A stretch of DNA of 64,000 nt, from positions 969 to 64,968 of the forward strand of contig CBDUEV010000009.1 of NCBI GenBank assembly GCA_965366365.1, in the 5' to 3' direction. Position 1 is the first letter of the stretch; every line of letters starts with the position of its first letter. This document shows, piece by piece, positions 1-9,501 of this stretch. The position numbers and the translations under genes were made by a program. The notes under the pieces were generated by a model. That model made no database searches, was not told where the DNA came from, and worked only from the letters and a program-made list of their open reading frames with translations. This stretch comes from an uncultured Acidimicrobiia bacterium. Its GTDB lineage: Bacteria; Actinomycetota; Acidimicrobiia; Spongiisociales; JAENVV01.

Positions 1-1
1 T

Positions 2-130
2 TTCCCGGCCAAGAAGAACAACCTGTGCGGATGGTGCTCCTATCAGGACATCTGTCCCGCCTGGGCGGAGGACGCATCTCTCGATGGCGCGACAGCCCCG
101 CGGGAGTCCGCCACCGCCACGGCCTCCTGA
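2..130 (+). CDS. 3' end of a gene that begins upstream of the window; the tail looks like the end of a Fe-S (Cys-cluster) RecB/Cas4-family PD-(D/E)XK nuclease domain
   Basis: Frame 2 is GC3-rich from base 2 and stops at TGA 128-130. The translated tail ...NLCGWCSYQDICPAWAED carries a C-x2-C-x5-CP cysteine cluster. The C-termini of the two helicase-nuclease genes downstream are similar (AdnA-like ...HCKRCAVRLVCPLW; AdnB-like ...CKSCDFARFCEAG). Confidence 0.4.
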   Translation, partial: FPAKKNNLCGWCSYQDICPAWAEDASLDGATAPRESATATAS

Positions 131-174
131 ACGAATCCGGTCTCATTAGTATCTCGACACCCACCGGGAAACAC

Positions 175-582
175 GTGCCTTCGACTGACCTTTACCTCTT
201 CTACACCCGAGACACCGAGTTCGCCCGCTTCGTCGACCTGCTCGAGCAACACCACATCGACACGGTGGTCGATGGAGGAGTCGACGGGACCGGCGACTTC
301 TCACCGGCCACGCTCGACTTCCTGTGCGCGGCCAACGGTTTTGGATATCTTCCGCGCGGCGATCGCCTCAACCCCACCCACGCGGGACGTGAGGCGTTCG
401 CATCGTCGGCGGGCTTCATCGCCAAGCTGGCGGACTCTGGGCGGGTCGTGGTCATCAACCCACACTCCGCCCTGCCGGACGTGCTCGAGTCGCTGGACCT
501 GAGACTGGTGGAGATGAGGCGGGACGGCAGTGTTGCTCCCTACCAGGGGCACCTCGACCTGGGTGACTCGAATCTGTCATAG
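175..582 (+). CDS. hypothetical protein, about 136 aa, unknown function
   Basis: ORF 25..582 has very high GC3. The ATG at 31 would overlap the upstream frame-2 gene by 100 nt. I therefore place the start at GTG 175, preceded by GGGAAACAC. No motif recognised. Confidence 0.4.
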   Translation: MPSTDLYLFYTRDTEFARFVDLLEQHHIDTVVDGGVDGTGDFSPATLDFLCAANGFGYLPRGDRLNPTHAGREAFASSAGFIAKLADSGRVVVINPHSALPDVLESLDLRLVEMRRDGSVAPYQGHLDLGDSNLS

Positions 583-602
583 GTCGGCCGTAGGGTGAAA
601 CC

Positions 603-794
603 ATGACCAACCAGGCAACGAACATCTCATCAATCACCGACCCTCTCGGCATCTCCTGCGTGCCCGAATTCGACTCGCAACCCGAATCGTGCCCTGCATG
701 TGGCAACACGATCGACGCTTTCCACATCGAGCTCTCCCGCGCGGACACCTCACTTTGTTCGTGTCCCCACTGTGGCGTGATGGTCGCCGCCTGA
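603..794 (+). CDS. small zinc-ribbon protein, 63 aa
   Basis: ATG 603 is preceded by GGGTGAAACC. GC3 is about 75%. There are two CPxCG knuckles (CPACG ... CSCPHCG), typical of a treble-clef/zinc-ribbon fold. Confidence 0.5.
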   Translation: MTNQATNISSITDPLGISCVPEFDSQPESCPACGNTIDAFHIELSRADTSLCSCPHCGVMVAA

Positions 795-866
795 TTCAGA
801 CGCGGGAACCCGTTTCGCCCCATACCGAGTACTATTTCCGGCTACACGACACGGAGATCTCTCAAC

Positions 867-1583
867 ATGAGCAATACCCCACCTGAACTCCCCTGGGAAT
901 TGCGCGGGCCCCGGCCGGTCGCCCAAGCGACGCCGACAGTCCGAACCGAATTCATCACCAAGACGTACCTGCACCTTCTCGGGGCGATCCTCGCCTTCGT
1001 GGCGCTCGAAGCTCTCTTGTTCACCAGCGGCCTGGCCACGTCTATCACGGAATTCGTGGCCGGCACCAGCTGGCTGTTGGTGCTCGGGGCGTTCATGATC
1101 GTCGCCACCATTGCCTCGAGCTTCGCCTTCAAGGCCACCACCCGACCTGTCCAGTACGCCGCGCTCGGCGCCTATGTGGCCGCCCAAGCGCTCATCTTCG
1201 TGCCAATGCTGTGGCTGGCCAACGCCTCGGCGCCCGGGGTGATCAGCTCGGCTGCCGCCGTCACGCTGATCGGATTCGCAGGGCTCACCGCGGTGGTCTT
1301 CATCACTCGCAAGGACTTCTCCTTCATGAGGGGGGCCATCATGTGGATCGGCTTTGCCGCTTTGGGACTCATCGTCGGTTCGGTGTTGTTCAACTTCCAG
1401 TTGGGAACCTGGTTCTCCGTGGCCATGGTCGTGTTCGCCGGCGGCACGATCCTCTACAACACCTCCAAGGTGATGAATGACTTTCCAGAGGATCGCTATG
1501 TGGCTGCCTCTCTCCAGCTGTTCGCCAGCGTCGCCTTGATGTTCTGGTACGTCCTGCGCCTCTTCATGGGAAGCCGGCGCTAG
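867..1583 (+). CDS. Bax inhibitor-1/YccA family (TMBIM) membrane protein
   Basis: 238 aa with 7 hydrophobic segments. The N-terminal signature TKTYLHLLGAILAF and overall composition are typical of the BI-1/YccA family. Confidence 0.85.
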   Translation: MSNTPPELPWELRGPRPVAQATPTVRTEFITKTYLHLLGAILAFVALEALLFTSGLATSITEFVAGTSWLLVLGAFMIVATIASSFAFKATTRPVQYAALGAYVAAQALIFVPMLWLANASAPGVISSAAAVTLIGFAGLTAVVFITRKDFSFMRGAIMWIGFAALGLIVGSVLFNFQLGTWFSVAMVVFAGGTILYNTSKVMNDFPEDRYVAASLQLFASVALMFWYVLRLFMGSRR

Positions 1584-1691
1584 GCCGCGCCGCGCTCCTG
1601 CTGGGCCGTCAGTTCCCCGGATGTTCCGCTTGGCGCAACCCCTCCGCAAGCTGGTGTAGCGAATCTCCGTGGGTCCAACAAAGGAGGACCC

Positions 1692-2405
1692 ATGCGAATA
1701 CGAGTGTTGTTTGCGCTCGTCACTGCCTTGACCGTGATGGCAGCCGCTCTGCCGGCGACGGCTTCAGAAAGCGATCTCATCACCTACGAGGTGACCATCA
1801 CCAATCTGGCAGCTACCCAGCCCATCTCGCCGCCGGTCCTGGCCACCCACAGCAACGACGTCCGGTTCTGGCGAACGGGCCACGCCGCCTCCGAAGGGAT
1901 CGTGGCGATCGCGGAGAACGGTGATCCGAGCGTCGCCGAGGCAGCCTTGGCGGGCGTGGCGGGCGTCACCGATGTCGTGAACGTCGGGCAGCCCATCACC
2001 ACGGCTGGATCGGTCTTTGGCGACTTCACCGATACGGTGACGGTCACCATCACCGCCCACCGCGGAGACCGCCTCTCACTGGCCGGCATGCTGATCTGCA
2101 CGAACGACGGCTTCGTCGGTTTGGACTCGCTGCCCCTCCCGAACAGGGGGACTCGCACCGCCTTCGCCAGGGCCTACGACGCCGGTTCCGAGATCAATAC
2201 CGAGCGAAGCGAAGACATCGTCGACGCTTGCTCGCTGCTCGGGCCGGTGGTTCTCGAAGGGGACGACAACGGCAACGAGAACGACGCCGTGGACGCTTCC
2301 GGGGTCATCACCCGCCATCGTGGGATCGTCGGGGAATCCGACCTTCTCGAGGCTCACAACTGGCCACGACGACCGGTCACGGTGGAGATCACGCCGATCG
2401 GGTGA
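1692..2405 (+). CDS. secreted spondin_N domain protein
   Basis: RBS AAAGGAGG lies before ATG 1692, followed by a signal peptide (MRIRVLFALVTALTVMAAALPATASE). The motif run ...SPPVLATHSNDVRFWRTGHAASEGIVAIAENGDPSVAEAAL matches the conserved F-spondin N-terminal (Spond_N) pattern SP.v.ATHS...W..G..AS.G...AE.G. Confidence 0.65.
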   Translation: MRIRVLFALVTALTVMAAALPATASESDLITYEVTITNLAATQPISPPVLATHSNDVRFWRTGHAASEGIVAIAENGDPSVAEAALAGVAGVTDVVNVGQPITTAGSVFGDFTDTVTVTITAHRGDRLSLAGMLICTNDGFVGLDSLPLPNRGTRTAFARAYDAGSEINTERSEDIVDACSLLGPVVLEGDDNGNENDAVDASGVITRHRGIVGESDLLEAHNWPRRPVTVEITPIG

Positions 2406-2429
2406 ATGAGCAGATGGGTCGCGGCACGA

Positions 2430-3010
2430 TCAGACCTGCCGCGACCCATCTCGCCTGACTTGCCACATGGCGATCAGGGCGACAGCCACCACGGCTCCGG
2501 CCAAATTCGCCACGAGGTCGAGCATGTTGTCGGCGTAATCGCCGATGTTGGCGTTCTCGATGATGATCGAGCCTGTGTATTCGACGATCTCGACGAGTGC
2601 CCCGGCTCCGGCCGCCACCAACACCGCCATGGCGGCCACCGCCAGGTGCGAAACGCTGCCCCGCAACCGTGGCGCCAGCACCTCGTGGGCAGCCCAGGCG
2701 GCGATCCCGGTAGCGACGAAATGGTAAGGCTTGTCATAGCGCAGGTCGCCCACCAGCCGAAAGACGTACAGCGGTTGCCCGTCAACCAGCAGGATGCCGC
2801 CGGCCAGGTTCCCGATCGCTGCCACGACCAGACCCCACAGCACCGAGCGGGGTAGCTGCACCGCCTGGTGGATCAAACCCACCAGTCCGGCCAGGACCAC
2901 CGTGATCACGACATAGATCCACGTGAAGGGGCTGTCCACAGCCTCGCCATAGACCGCTGCGAGGGTGAGCGCTCCGAGGAGCACCGTCCAGACAGGCTTC
3001 GGCGCGCTCA
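2430..3010 (-). CDS. polytopic membrane protein, DUF2238/YjdF-like
   Basis: ORF 2430..3083(-). The start is placed at MSAPKPVW (ATG 3010). There are about 6 TM segments. The YDKPYHF and IGDYADNMLDLVANL motifs resemble the YjdF/DUF2238 family. Confidence 0.5.
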
Positions 3011-3148
3011 TGATCCTCCCCGCCCCCGAGGGGTGACCTCGATCTCGAAGCGCCCGACCGGGGTGAGGCCTGCAAGGGTGCATTGGTGAATCCTCACCCG
3101 GCGAGGGTACCTTCGGTTTTTGTCACAGGTACGACGTACGGTGATGAC

Positions 3149-3298
3149 ATGAAGAACTCGACCGTTACCCCAAGCGACATATTCGAGAACCCCGAGGCGT
3201 GGTTCGCCGGCTTCGGGATCAGCGTCACCGACGTGTCCTCCCGACGAGCCTGTCGTATCTGTGCCGGCGACGATCTCCACGACCGCATCGCCGCCTGA
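3149..3298 (+). CDS. possible small protein, 49 aa, CxxC-containing
   Basis: ATG 3149 (ACGGTGATGAC ATG). GC3 is about 83% over 49 codons (MKNSTVTPSDIFENPEAWFAGFGISVTDVSSRRACRICAGDDLHDRIAA), much higher than the overlapping antisense frame. It lies 60 nt upstream of adnA. Confidence 0.25.
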   Translation: MKNSTVTPSDIFENPEAWFAGFGISVTDVSSRRACRICAGDDLHDRIAA

Positions 3299-3361
3299 TC
3301 GAGCGTTGAGAACCTCAGGCGGTTTGAGCCTCATCGTGGTGCTCTACCCTCGGAGCCGACG

Positions 3362-6300
3362 ATGACGATCGAACCACAGGATCAGCGTGTCGACCCGGAC
3401 GACTGGGACCTCGTCGTGCGCGACACCGACGGACCGCAACTCGTGGTGGCCGGCCCGGGCACGGGAAAGACCCAGTTCCTCGTCGAACGCGCCCGCCATC
3501 TCATCGCCGATCGCCAGGTCCCGGCGGCGGGGATCCTGGTGCTCACCTTCTCGCGACGGGCCGCCGGGGACCTCCGGTCGCGCATCGAGAACGCCACGCA
3601 GGGAACCTCGACCGGTGTGGCTGCCTCGACGTTCCACTCCTTCGCCTACCGGCTCCTCGAAACCTACGCCTCGGACGTACTCGGCTGGGAGGTCATGCCG
3701 TCGCTTCTCACCGGACCCGAACAGGTCGCGCTGGTGGCAGAACTGCTGACGTCGGAGCCGGAAGAGCACTGGCCGGTGGGGTTTCGCGGGATGCTCACCA
3801 CCCATACCTTCGCCGATGAGGTCACCGACTTCATTCTCCGGAGCCAGGAGTCGTTGCTCGACGACGAGGCGCTCGCCGATCGGGTGGCCGCCCGCGCCGA
3901 CTGGAGGGGCCTGTCGGATTTTCGTCGCCGCTACCTCGACGAACTGAAAGCCCGCCACCGAATCGACTACGGGACACTCCAGGCCCAGGCCGTGCGCGTC
4001 CTGGCCGACGACGATGTGCAGGCACGAATCGCAGAGCAATATCGCTACGTGTTGGTGGACGAGTACCAGGACACCACCGCCGCACAGGCGAGGTTTCTGG
4101 AGCTGCTCACCTCGCGCCATCGGAACATCACGGCGGCCGCCGATCCCTACCAGTCGGTCTACAGCTTCCGTGGCGCCGAGTTGACCAACGTGGCCGACTT
4201 CCCCAGCCAGTTCTCCGACGCCAGGGGGAATCCGGCTCGGCGCCTCGTGCTCAGTACCTCGTTCCGCGTGCCCGAGACCATTCTTCGAGCGGCCGAACGG
4301 ATCACCTCGGGTGGTGACCTGCCGGGCGCCGCAGGACCGGTTCTGCCCGCACCTCACGAAGGCGTCGTTGAGGCCTTCGTGTTCAACCAACAGTCCGAGG
4401 AAGCGGAGTGGATCGCCACCGAAGCTCAGCGGCTTCACCTGTCCTCGGGAGTCGCGTACCGCGAGATCGCCGTCCTCATGCGGTCGAAGCGGCGTTTCCT
4501 CCCCGAGCTGTCACGGGCCCTGGAACGGCGTCGTATCCCCCATGACTCTCCCGACACCCGGCTCGTCGATCACCCGGCCGTCCGCCTGGTCTTCGACTGT
4601 GCGTTCGCCGCCGCTTTCGATGGCGTGGCCCCCGGCACAGGAACCGGAGTCGACACCGACCGCGCCGTCCGCCGGATGCTCCTCGGTGCAGCATTCGGCG
4701 TGCCCCTGGGACTCGAACGTGAGTTGCTGCGCGAGCGTCGGCGCACCGACCGGCCCTGGTCGGAGCTGCTCGCCGAGTCGATTCCCGAGACTCGGGCCCT
4801 CGCCGGCCTGCTGGCCGACCCGAACTGGGCCTGCGAGATCCCGGCAGTAGACGGCTTCTGGCATCTGTGGACCACCCTCCCGGAATTCGCGGTGATGGTC
4901 GCCAATCCGGCTCTTGGCGACTTCCGGCAGGCGTGGACCTCTCTCGCACAGGCGCTGACCAGACAGAAGGAACGCGACCCCGGTGTGACTCTCGTGGAGT
5001 ATCTCAGGCTGGCCGACCTGGACGATTTCGAGGCAACCCCGCTTCTCTCGTATCGGGACTCCGACGAGGACCGGCTCACCCTCACGACGCTCCACCAGGC
5101 CAAAGGCCTTCAATTCGAGGTCGTCTTCCTGGCCGACGCCGTGGAGGGCGTGTTTCCCGACCTGCGCCGCAGCCGATCGCTTCTCCAACCCAGGTTGCTC
5201 TCTGCGCAACAATCCGACCGGCCCACCGAGGCGGCTCAGTTTCGACTTCAGGAGGAGATGCGCCTCGCCTACACCGCCATGACGAGGGCGTCCTCACGGG
5301 TGGTGTGGACCGCCACCAAAGCCGGTATCGACGAAATCGAGCGGAGGCCGAGCCGGTTTCTCCACGCCGTGGTCCCAACCGAGCGGATTTCGGGTCCTCC
5401 CGTCGACCTCGATCGCACTCCCCTCACCTACCTGGAGGCCGAGGCCTACCTCCGGCGGATCCTCACCGACCCCATGGCCGGTCAGGCGGCACGTCTGGCC
5501 GCTGTCAAGGTGCTGGCCGACCGGCCGAATCCGGGACTCAGACCCGCCTCTGAGTTTGCCGGGCTGCGCCTCAGGGGACGCGACGATGGCCTCATCGACG
5601 ACGACCTCGCCCTGTCGCCGAGCCAAGCGACCTCCTACCACGAGTGTCCACGCCGCTACGCCTTCGAACGCCGGCTCGGGATCGGGCAGTCCTTCGGCCA
5701 CTACGCCACGTTCGGCACTCTCATCCACGACGTCCTCGAGTATGCCGAGAAACGAGCCTTGAGCGAAGGGCGGGATCGCAGCACGCTCGACGATGCCCTG
5801 AGCCACCTCGACACGCTGTGGCCGGAGTTCGAGTTCGACGGAGGCGCGCGACGACAGGCGTGGAGGCGACGGGCAGAGACGCTGCTGGGCGACCTCTACG
5901 CGTCATGGATCCGGCCGGAGGCGCACGCCGTCTTCCTCGAACGGGACCTCGAGCTGGAGATCGACGGAATCCGATGGCGCGGCCGAGCCGACCGGATCGA
6001 AAGCCAGGCTGAAGGCAAGCTGCGGGTCGTCGACTACAAGACGTCGAAGACGGCTCCCCCGGCGGCCGATGCGGCCAGGTCGATCCAGCTGGCGTTCTAC
6101 TTGGCAGCCGCCCAAGCCGATCCAGAGGTTGCCGAGAAGGGGGACCCCACCGAGGCGGAATTCTGGTATCCCCTGGCCAGCCGCAAGACGAAATGGATCG
6201 CCTTCGAACCGGCCCACCTCGAGGAGACGCTGGCCACGATGCGGGACATCGCCACGGGTATCAAACAGGAGGACTGGACACCACGGTTCGGCCACCACTG

Positions 6301-6367
6301 CAAGAGATGCGCAGTGCGCCTCGTGTGCCCGCTGTGGCCGGAGGGGCAGGAGGCATTCACCCGATGA
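3362..6367 (+). CDS. adnA: AdnA-like helicase-nuclease subunit (UvrD-like SF1 helicase with a C-terminal RecB-type nuclease)
   Basis: 1001 aa. Walker A VVAGPGTGKTQ, Walker B VLVDEYQDTT, UvrD-like 2A motifs (TLHQAKGLQFEVVFL), a C-terminal PD-(D/E)XK region and a terminal Cys cluster CKRCAVRLVCPLW. It sits in tandem with a second such gene and overlaps it at ATGA (6364-6367). Confidence 0.8.
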   Translation: MTIEPQDQRVDPDDWDLVVRDTDGPQLVVAGPGTGKTQFLVERARHLIADRQVPAAGILVLTFSRRAAGDLRSRIENATQGTSTGVAASTFHSFAYRLLETYASDVLGWEVMPSLLTGPEQVALVAELLTSEPEEHWPVGFRGMLTTHTFADEVTDFILRSQESLLDDEALADRVAARADWRGLSDFRRRYLDELKARHRIDYGTLQAQAVRVLADDDVQARIAEQYRYVLVDEYQDTTAAQARFLELLTSRHRNITAAADPYQSVYSFRGAELTNVADFPSQFSDARGNPARRLVLSTSFRVPETILRAAERITSGGDLPGAAGPVLPAPHEGVVEAFVFNQQSEEAEWIATEAQRLHLSSGVAYREIAVLMRSKRRFLPELSRALERRRIPHDSPDTRLVDHPAVRLVFDCAFAAAFDGVAPGTGTGVDTDRAVRRMLLGAAFGVPLGLERELLRERRRTDRPWSELLAESIPETRALAGLLADPNWACEIPAVDGFWHLWTTLPEFAVMVANPALGDFRQAWTSLAQALTRQKERDPGVTLVEYLRLADLDDFEATPLLSYRDSDEDRLTLTTLHQAKGLQFEVVFLADAVEGVFPDLRRSRSLLQPRLLSAQQSDRPTEAAQFRLQEEMRLAYTAMTRASSRVVWTATKAGIDEIERRPSRFLHAVVPTERISGPPVDLDRTPLTYLEAEAYLRRILTDPMAGQAARLAAVKVLADRPNPGLRPASEFAGLRLRGRDDGLIDDDLALSPSQATSYHECPRRYAFERRLGIGQSFGHYATFGTLIHDVLEYAEKRALSEGRDRSTLDDALSHLDTLWPEFEFDGGARRQAWRRRAETLLGDLYASWIRPEAHAVFLERDLELEIDGIRWRGRADRIESQAEGKLRVVDYKTSKTAPPAADAARSIQLAFYLAAAQADPEVAEKGDPTEAEFWYPLASRKTKWIAFEPAHLEETLATMRDIATGIKQEDWTPRFGHHCKRCAVRLVCPLWPEGQEAFTR

Positions 6368-9300
6368 CGGACTTCGTACCCTCCGCCGAACAGCAGGCCG
6401 TGCTCGACCATCCCAACGCTCCCCTCCGCATCGCCGCGGGAGCCGGCACCGGCAAGACCACCACCCTTGCCCACCGGATCGGCGCGCTGATCTCACAGGG
6501 GTTCGAGCCGGAAGAACTCCTCGGCGTCACCTTCACCAACAAGGCGGCCGACGAGCTGGCCGAACGCATCCGCGACATCCTCGGCGACACCATCGATCCC
6601 GGCCGAGAGGTGAACGTTCATACCTACCACGGGTTTGCCTCCCAGATCCTTCAGGAATATGGGCCGCTCGTCGGAGTCGAGAGGCGAACCGGCATCATCA
6701 CCCCCACCTTCAGCCGCCAACTGTTTCACGACTCGTTGGCCGGCGGCACCTACACCCAGCTCGACCTCACCTACCTCGGTGTGGTCGACCGCCCCGCCCG
6801 ACTGGCCTCCGATCTCGGCGACAACCTACGAACCGTGGAGGAGCTCGCCGCCCTGGCACCCGAGACGCCGGACCCTCTCTGGGTGGCGCGCATGGAAGTG
6901 CTCGGGATCGTGGCTCGCTACGAAGCAGAGAAGGCCCGCCTCGGGGTGGTCGACTACAGCGACCTGATCGCCAAGGCGCATGAGATCGTCACGCGCTATC
7001 CCGAGGTCGCCACCCGCATCCGCCAACGGTATCGAGCGGTATTTCTCGATGAATACCAGGACACCAACCCAGCCCAGCGTGAACTCCTCCGAGCGGTGTT
7101 CGGCGACGGCTTCCCGGTGACCGCGGTGGGAGACGCCGACCAGACGATCTACGAGTGGAGAGGAGCCTCCCTCGACAACTTCGCTTCATTCCCCAGCCAC
7201 TTCCTCGACGAATCCGGGCAGCCCGCCGCCACGCTGCCGCTCACCATCAACCGTCGCTCCGGCCACCACATCCTCGCCGTCGCCAACGCCATTCGAGCTC
7301 AGATCGGCGACGAGGAAGGGCGACCCCTGCAAGCGCTGCCATCTGCCGAGCCCGGATACGTGGCCACCAAGTGGATGGGAACCGCCATGGACGAGGCAGC
7401 CTTCCTCGCCGAAGAAATGCGGAGGCTGCATGACGAGGGAACGGCGTGGTCCGACATGGCCGTGCTGTTCCGCAAGAACAAGGACATCGAGGTGGTGCGG
7501 GCCACCCTCGAGGACTTCGCCATTCCCGTCGAAGTCGCCAACCTGGGCGGGCTCCTGGCGATCCCAGAAGTGAGCGATCTCCACGCCTGGCTACGGATCC
7601 TCAACGACCCGGAAAACGCCCCTGCGACCCTCCGCGTGCTCATGGGAAGTCGATACCGGCTTGGACTGGCCGACGTCAAGCCCCTCTCAGACTGGGCGAG
7701 GCCGGCCCGCGACGAACGAGGCGACCCAGCGGTCCCCGGTCGCAGCCTGGTCGAGGCCATTGATCGCCTCGACGCCATTCCCGCCGTCGCCACACTCAGC
7801 GACCAGGCCCGGGAGGCGCTCGACGACTTCCAACGGACGTACCGCCGGCTCCTCTCCGACGCGCAGGGGGTGAACCTGGTCGAACTCGTCCGGCGGATCC
7901 TCTCCGCGACCGGAGCCTGGCAGGAGGTCGAGGCGATGGAACCATCGGGCCGTTTGTCAGCCCGCCTCAACCTCTACCGCTTCCTCGACCTCGCCGAGCA
8001 ATGGAGTCCCCTCGAAGGGCGACCGTCCCTCCCGGCGTTTCTGGCCTATTTGAGTCTGATGCAGGACGACCAGACAGAAGAGCTCGACACCGCTCGCCTG
8101 TCAGGAGAGAACGCCGTTGCGCTCCTCACCGTTCACCGCGCCAAGGGCCTCGAGTGGGACGTCGTGTTCATCCCGGCCATCTATCAGGGAAACTTCCCGG
8201 CGAGTTCGCGCGCCCACGACGACCCGTTCAAACACCCTCAGATGCTCCCCTACGAGCTACGACTCGATCACCACACTCTCCCACCCATCCACGCCGAGAT
8301 GACCGATAAGGAACGCACCGCCCTCCTCAAGGAACGCCACGACCGTCAGGAATGGCGCATCGCCTACGTGGCCGCCACCCGGGCCCGCCGGCGCCTCTAC
8401 CTGACCGGCGCCTCCTGGTTTGGTCATCCCGAGCCGCGCAAGACCGTGGCCACACCCGGTCCACTCTTCGACCTGGCCGAGCAGCAGCCCCTCTCCCAGG
8501 ACCTCGGGCACGACGACCCGCCGGAGCGGCCCGACACGCTCCGCCTCGAGCCAACCACAGGGGCTCCCGATCCGACCTTCGGCGATCTCGGCTGGGACGG
8601 CGCTCTGCGGGCGGCCCTCGACGCCTCCGACTGGCCGGCCCATAAGGCAACCGAGCTGGGAACCCGCCGTGCCTACGATGGCCTCGTGGAGGAATACCAG
8701 GACATGCTGTTCACGCTGCCCCCTCCCCAGGCCGGGGCGGGCGAGGACCTACCTCTCACCACCTCGGTCACAGGTCTGGTCACCTACGCAAGCTGCCCCA
8801 AGCGCTTCTACTGGACAGAGGTCGATCGACTCCCCCGCCGCCCGTCGGGCGCTGCGCAGCGCGGGGTCGAAGTCCACCGACGGATCGAACTCCACAACCG
8901 TGGCAACATCCCGATCGACGAGGCCCTCAACGACCTCTACGACCTCACGGGAGCCGATGCCTCGCTCGGCCACGGCGGGCCCGGACCGTACGAGGTCTTC
9001 GCCGGTTCCCGTTTCGCCAACGAGCAGCCACTTCACACCGAAGCGCCTTTCGACCTCCGCCTGGGTGAAGCCGGCATACGCGGGCGGGTGGACGCCATCT
9101 ATGGGACAGGGCACGGATGGGAGATCGTCGACTTCAAGTCCGGACGCCCCAACTCGAATCCCAGCAACAGAACCCAGCTTCAGGCCTACGCGCTCGCTGC
9201 CCGTCACGGAGCGTTCGGCGCTCCACAGACGGAGCTCGTTGTGACCTTCGCGTACCTGGGCGGAGGAAACCTGACCGAGATCTCGGAATCCGTGGACGCC

Positions 9301-9501
9301 GCCTGGATGGACGAAGCCGAGACCGACCTCGTCACCCTGATCGAGTCGATCGCCTCCGACGCCTATGACCCACGTCCGTCCGCCGCCTGCAAGTCATGCG
9401 ACTTCGCACGTTTCTGCGAAGCCGGCACTGCCTGGCTGTCACAAAACCCACCGGGCTCAGCGAGCGTCAGACGAACCGACCATCCTCGGTCTGCAGAATG
9501 A
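6364..9501 (+). CDS. adnB: AdnB-like helicase-nuclease subunit (UvrD-like SF1 helicase with a C-terminal RecB-type nuclease)
   Basis: Start MTDFVPSAEQQAVLDH. Walker A AAGAGTGKTTTL, DEYQDTN, TVHRAKGLEWDVVFI, a C-terminal nuclease region and a CKSCDFARFC cluster. A tandem pair of this architecture is the AdnAB (RecBCD-analogue) signature of Actinomycetota. Confidence 0.8.
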   Translation: MTDFVPSAEQQAVLDHPNAPLRIAAGAGTGKTTTLAHRIGALISQGFEPEELLGVTFTNKAADELAERIRDILGDTIDPGREVNVHTYHGFASQILQEYGPLVGVERRTGIITPTFSRQLFHDSLAGGTYTQLDLTYLGVVDRPARLASDLGDNLRTVEELAALAPETPDPLWVARMEVLGIVARYEAEKARLGVVDYSDLIAKAHEIVTRYPEVATRIRQRYRAVFLDEYQDTNPAQRELLRAVFGDGFPVTAVGDADQTIYEWRGASLDNFASFPSHFLDESGQPAATLPLTINRRSGHHILAVANAIRAQIGDEEGRPLQALPSAEPGYVATKWMGTAMDEAAFLAEEMRRLHDEGTAWSDMAVLFRKNKDIEVVRATLEDFAIPVEVANLGGLLAIPEVSDLHAWLRILNDPENAPATLRVLMGSRYRLGLADVKPLSDWARPARDERGDPAVPGRSLVEAIDRLDAIPAVATLSDQAREALDDFQRTYRRLLSDAQGVNLVELVRRILSATGAWQEVEAMEPSGRLSARLNLYRFLDLAEQWSPLEGRPSLPAFLAYLSLMQDDQTEELDTARLSGENAVALLTVHRAKGLEWDVVFIPAIYQGNFPASSRAHDDPFKHPQMLPYELRLDHHTLPPIHAEMTDKERTALLKERHDRQEWRIAYVAATRARRRLYLTGASWFGHPEPRKTVATPGPLFDLAEQQPLSQDLGHDDPPERPDTLRLEPTTGAPDPTFGDLGWDGALRAALDASDWPAHKATELGTRRAYDGLVEEYQDMLFTLPPPQAGAGEDLPLTTSVTGLVTYASCPKRFYWTEVDRLPRRPSGAAQRGVEVHRRIELHNRGNIPIDEALNDLYDLTGADASLGHGGPGPYEVFAGSRFANEQPLHTEAPFDLRLGEAGIRGRVDAIYGTGHGWEIVDFKSGRPNSNPSNRTQLQAYALAARHGAFGAPQTELVVTFAYLGGGNLTEISESVDAAWMDEAETDLVTLIESIASDAYDPRPSAACKSCDFARFCEAGTAWLSQNPPGSASVRRTDHPRSAE

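Noticed and set aside
25-582. ATG at 31 as the start of the first full gene.
   Set aside because: It would overlap the incoming upstream gene (frame 2, stop 128-130) by 100 nt. A GTG at 175 with a GGGAAACAC spacer fits better.
750-1649. Long antisense or alternative-frame ORFs throughout the window. Examples: 750..1649(-), 3344..4438(-), 4511..5212(-), 18008..19096(-), 36976..38058(+), 39044..39973(+), 40091..41122(+), 53421..55097(+), 55577..56989(+), 57472..58497(+), 58815..60509(+), 60427..62223(-).
   Set aside because: These are shadow ORFs typical of 68% GC DNA. Their translations are low-complexity Arg/Gly/Pro/Asp-rich, and they have lower GC3 than the overlapping frame. Each overlaps a gene with strong family motifs on the other strand or frame.
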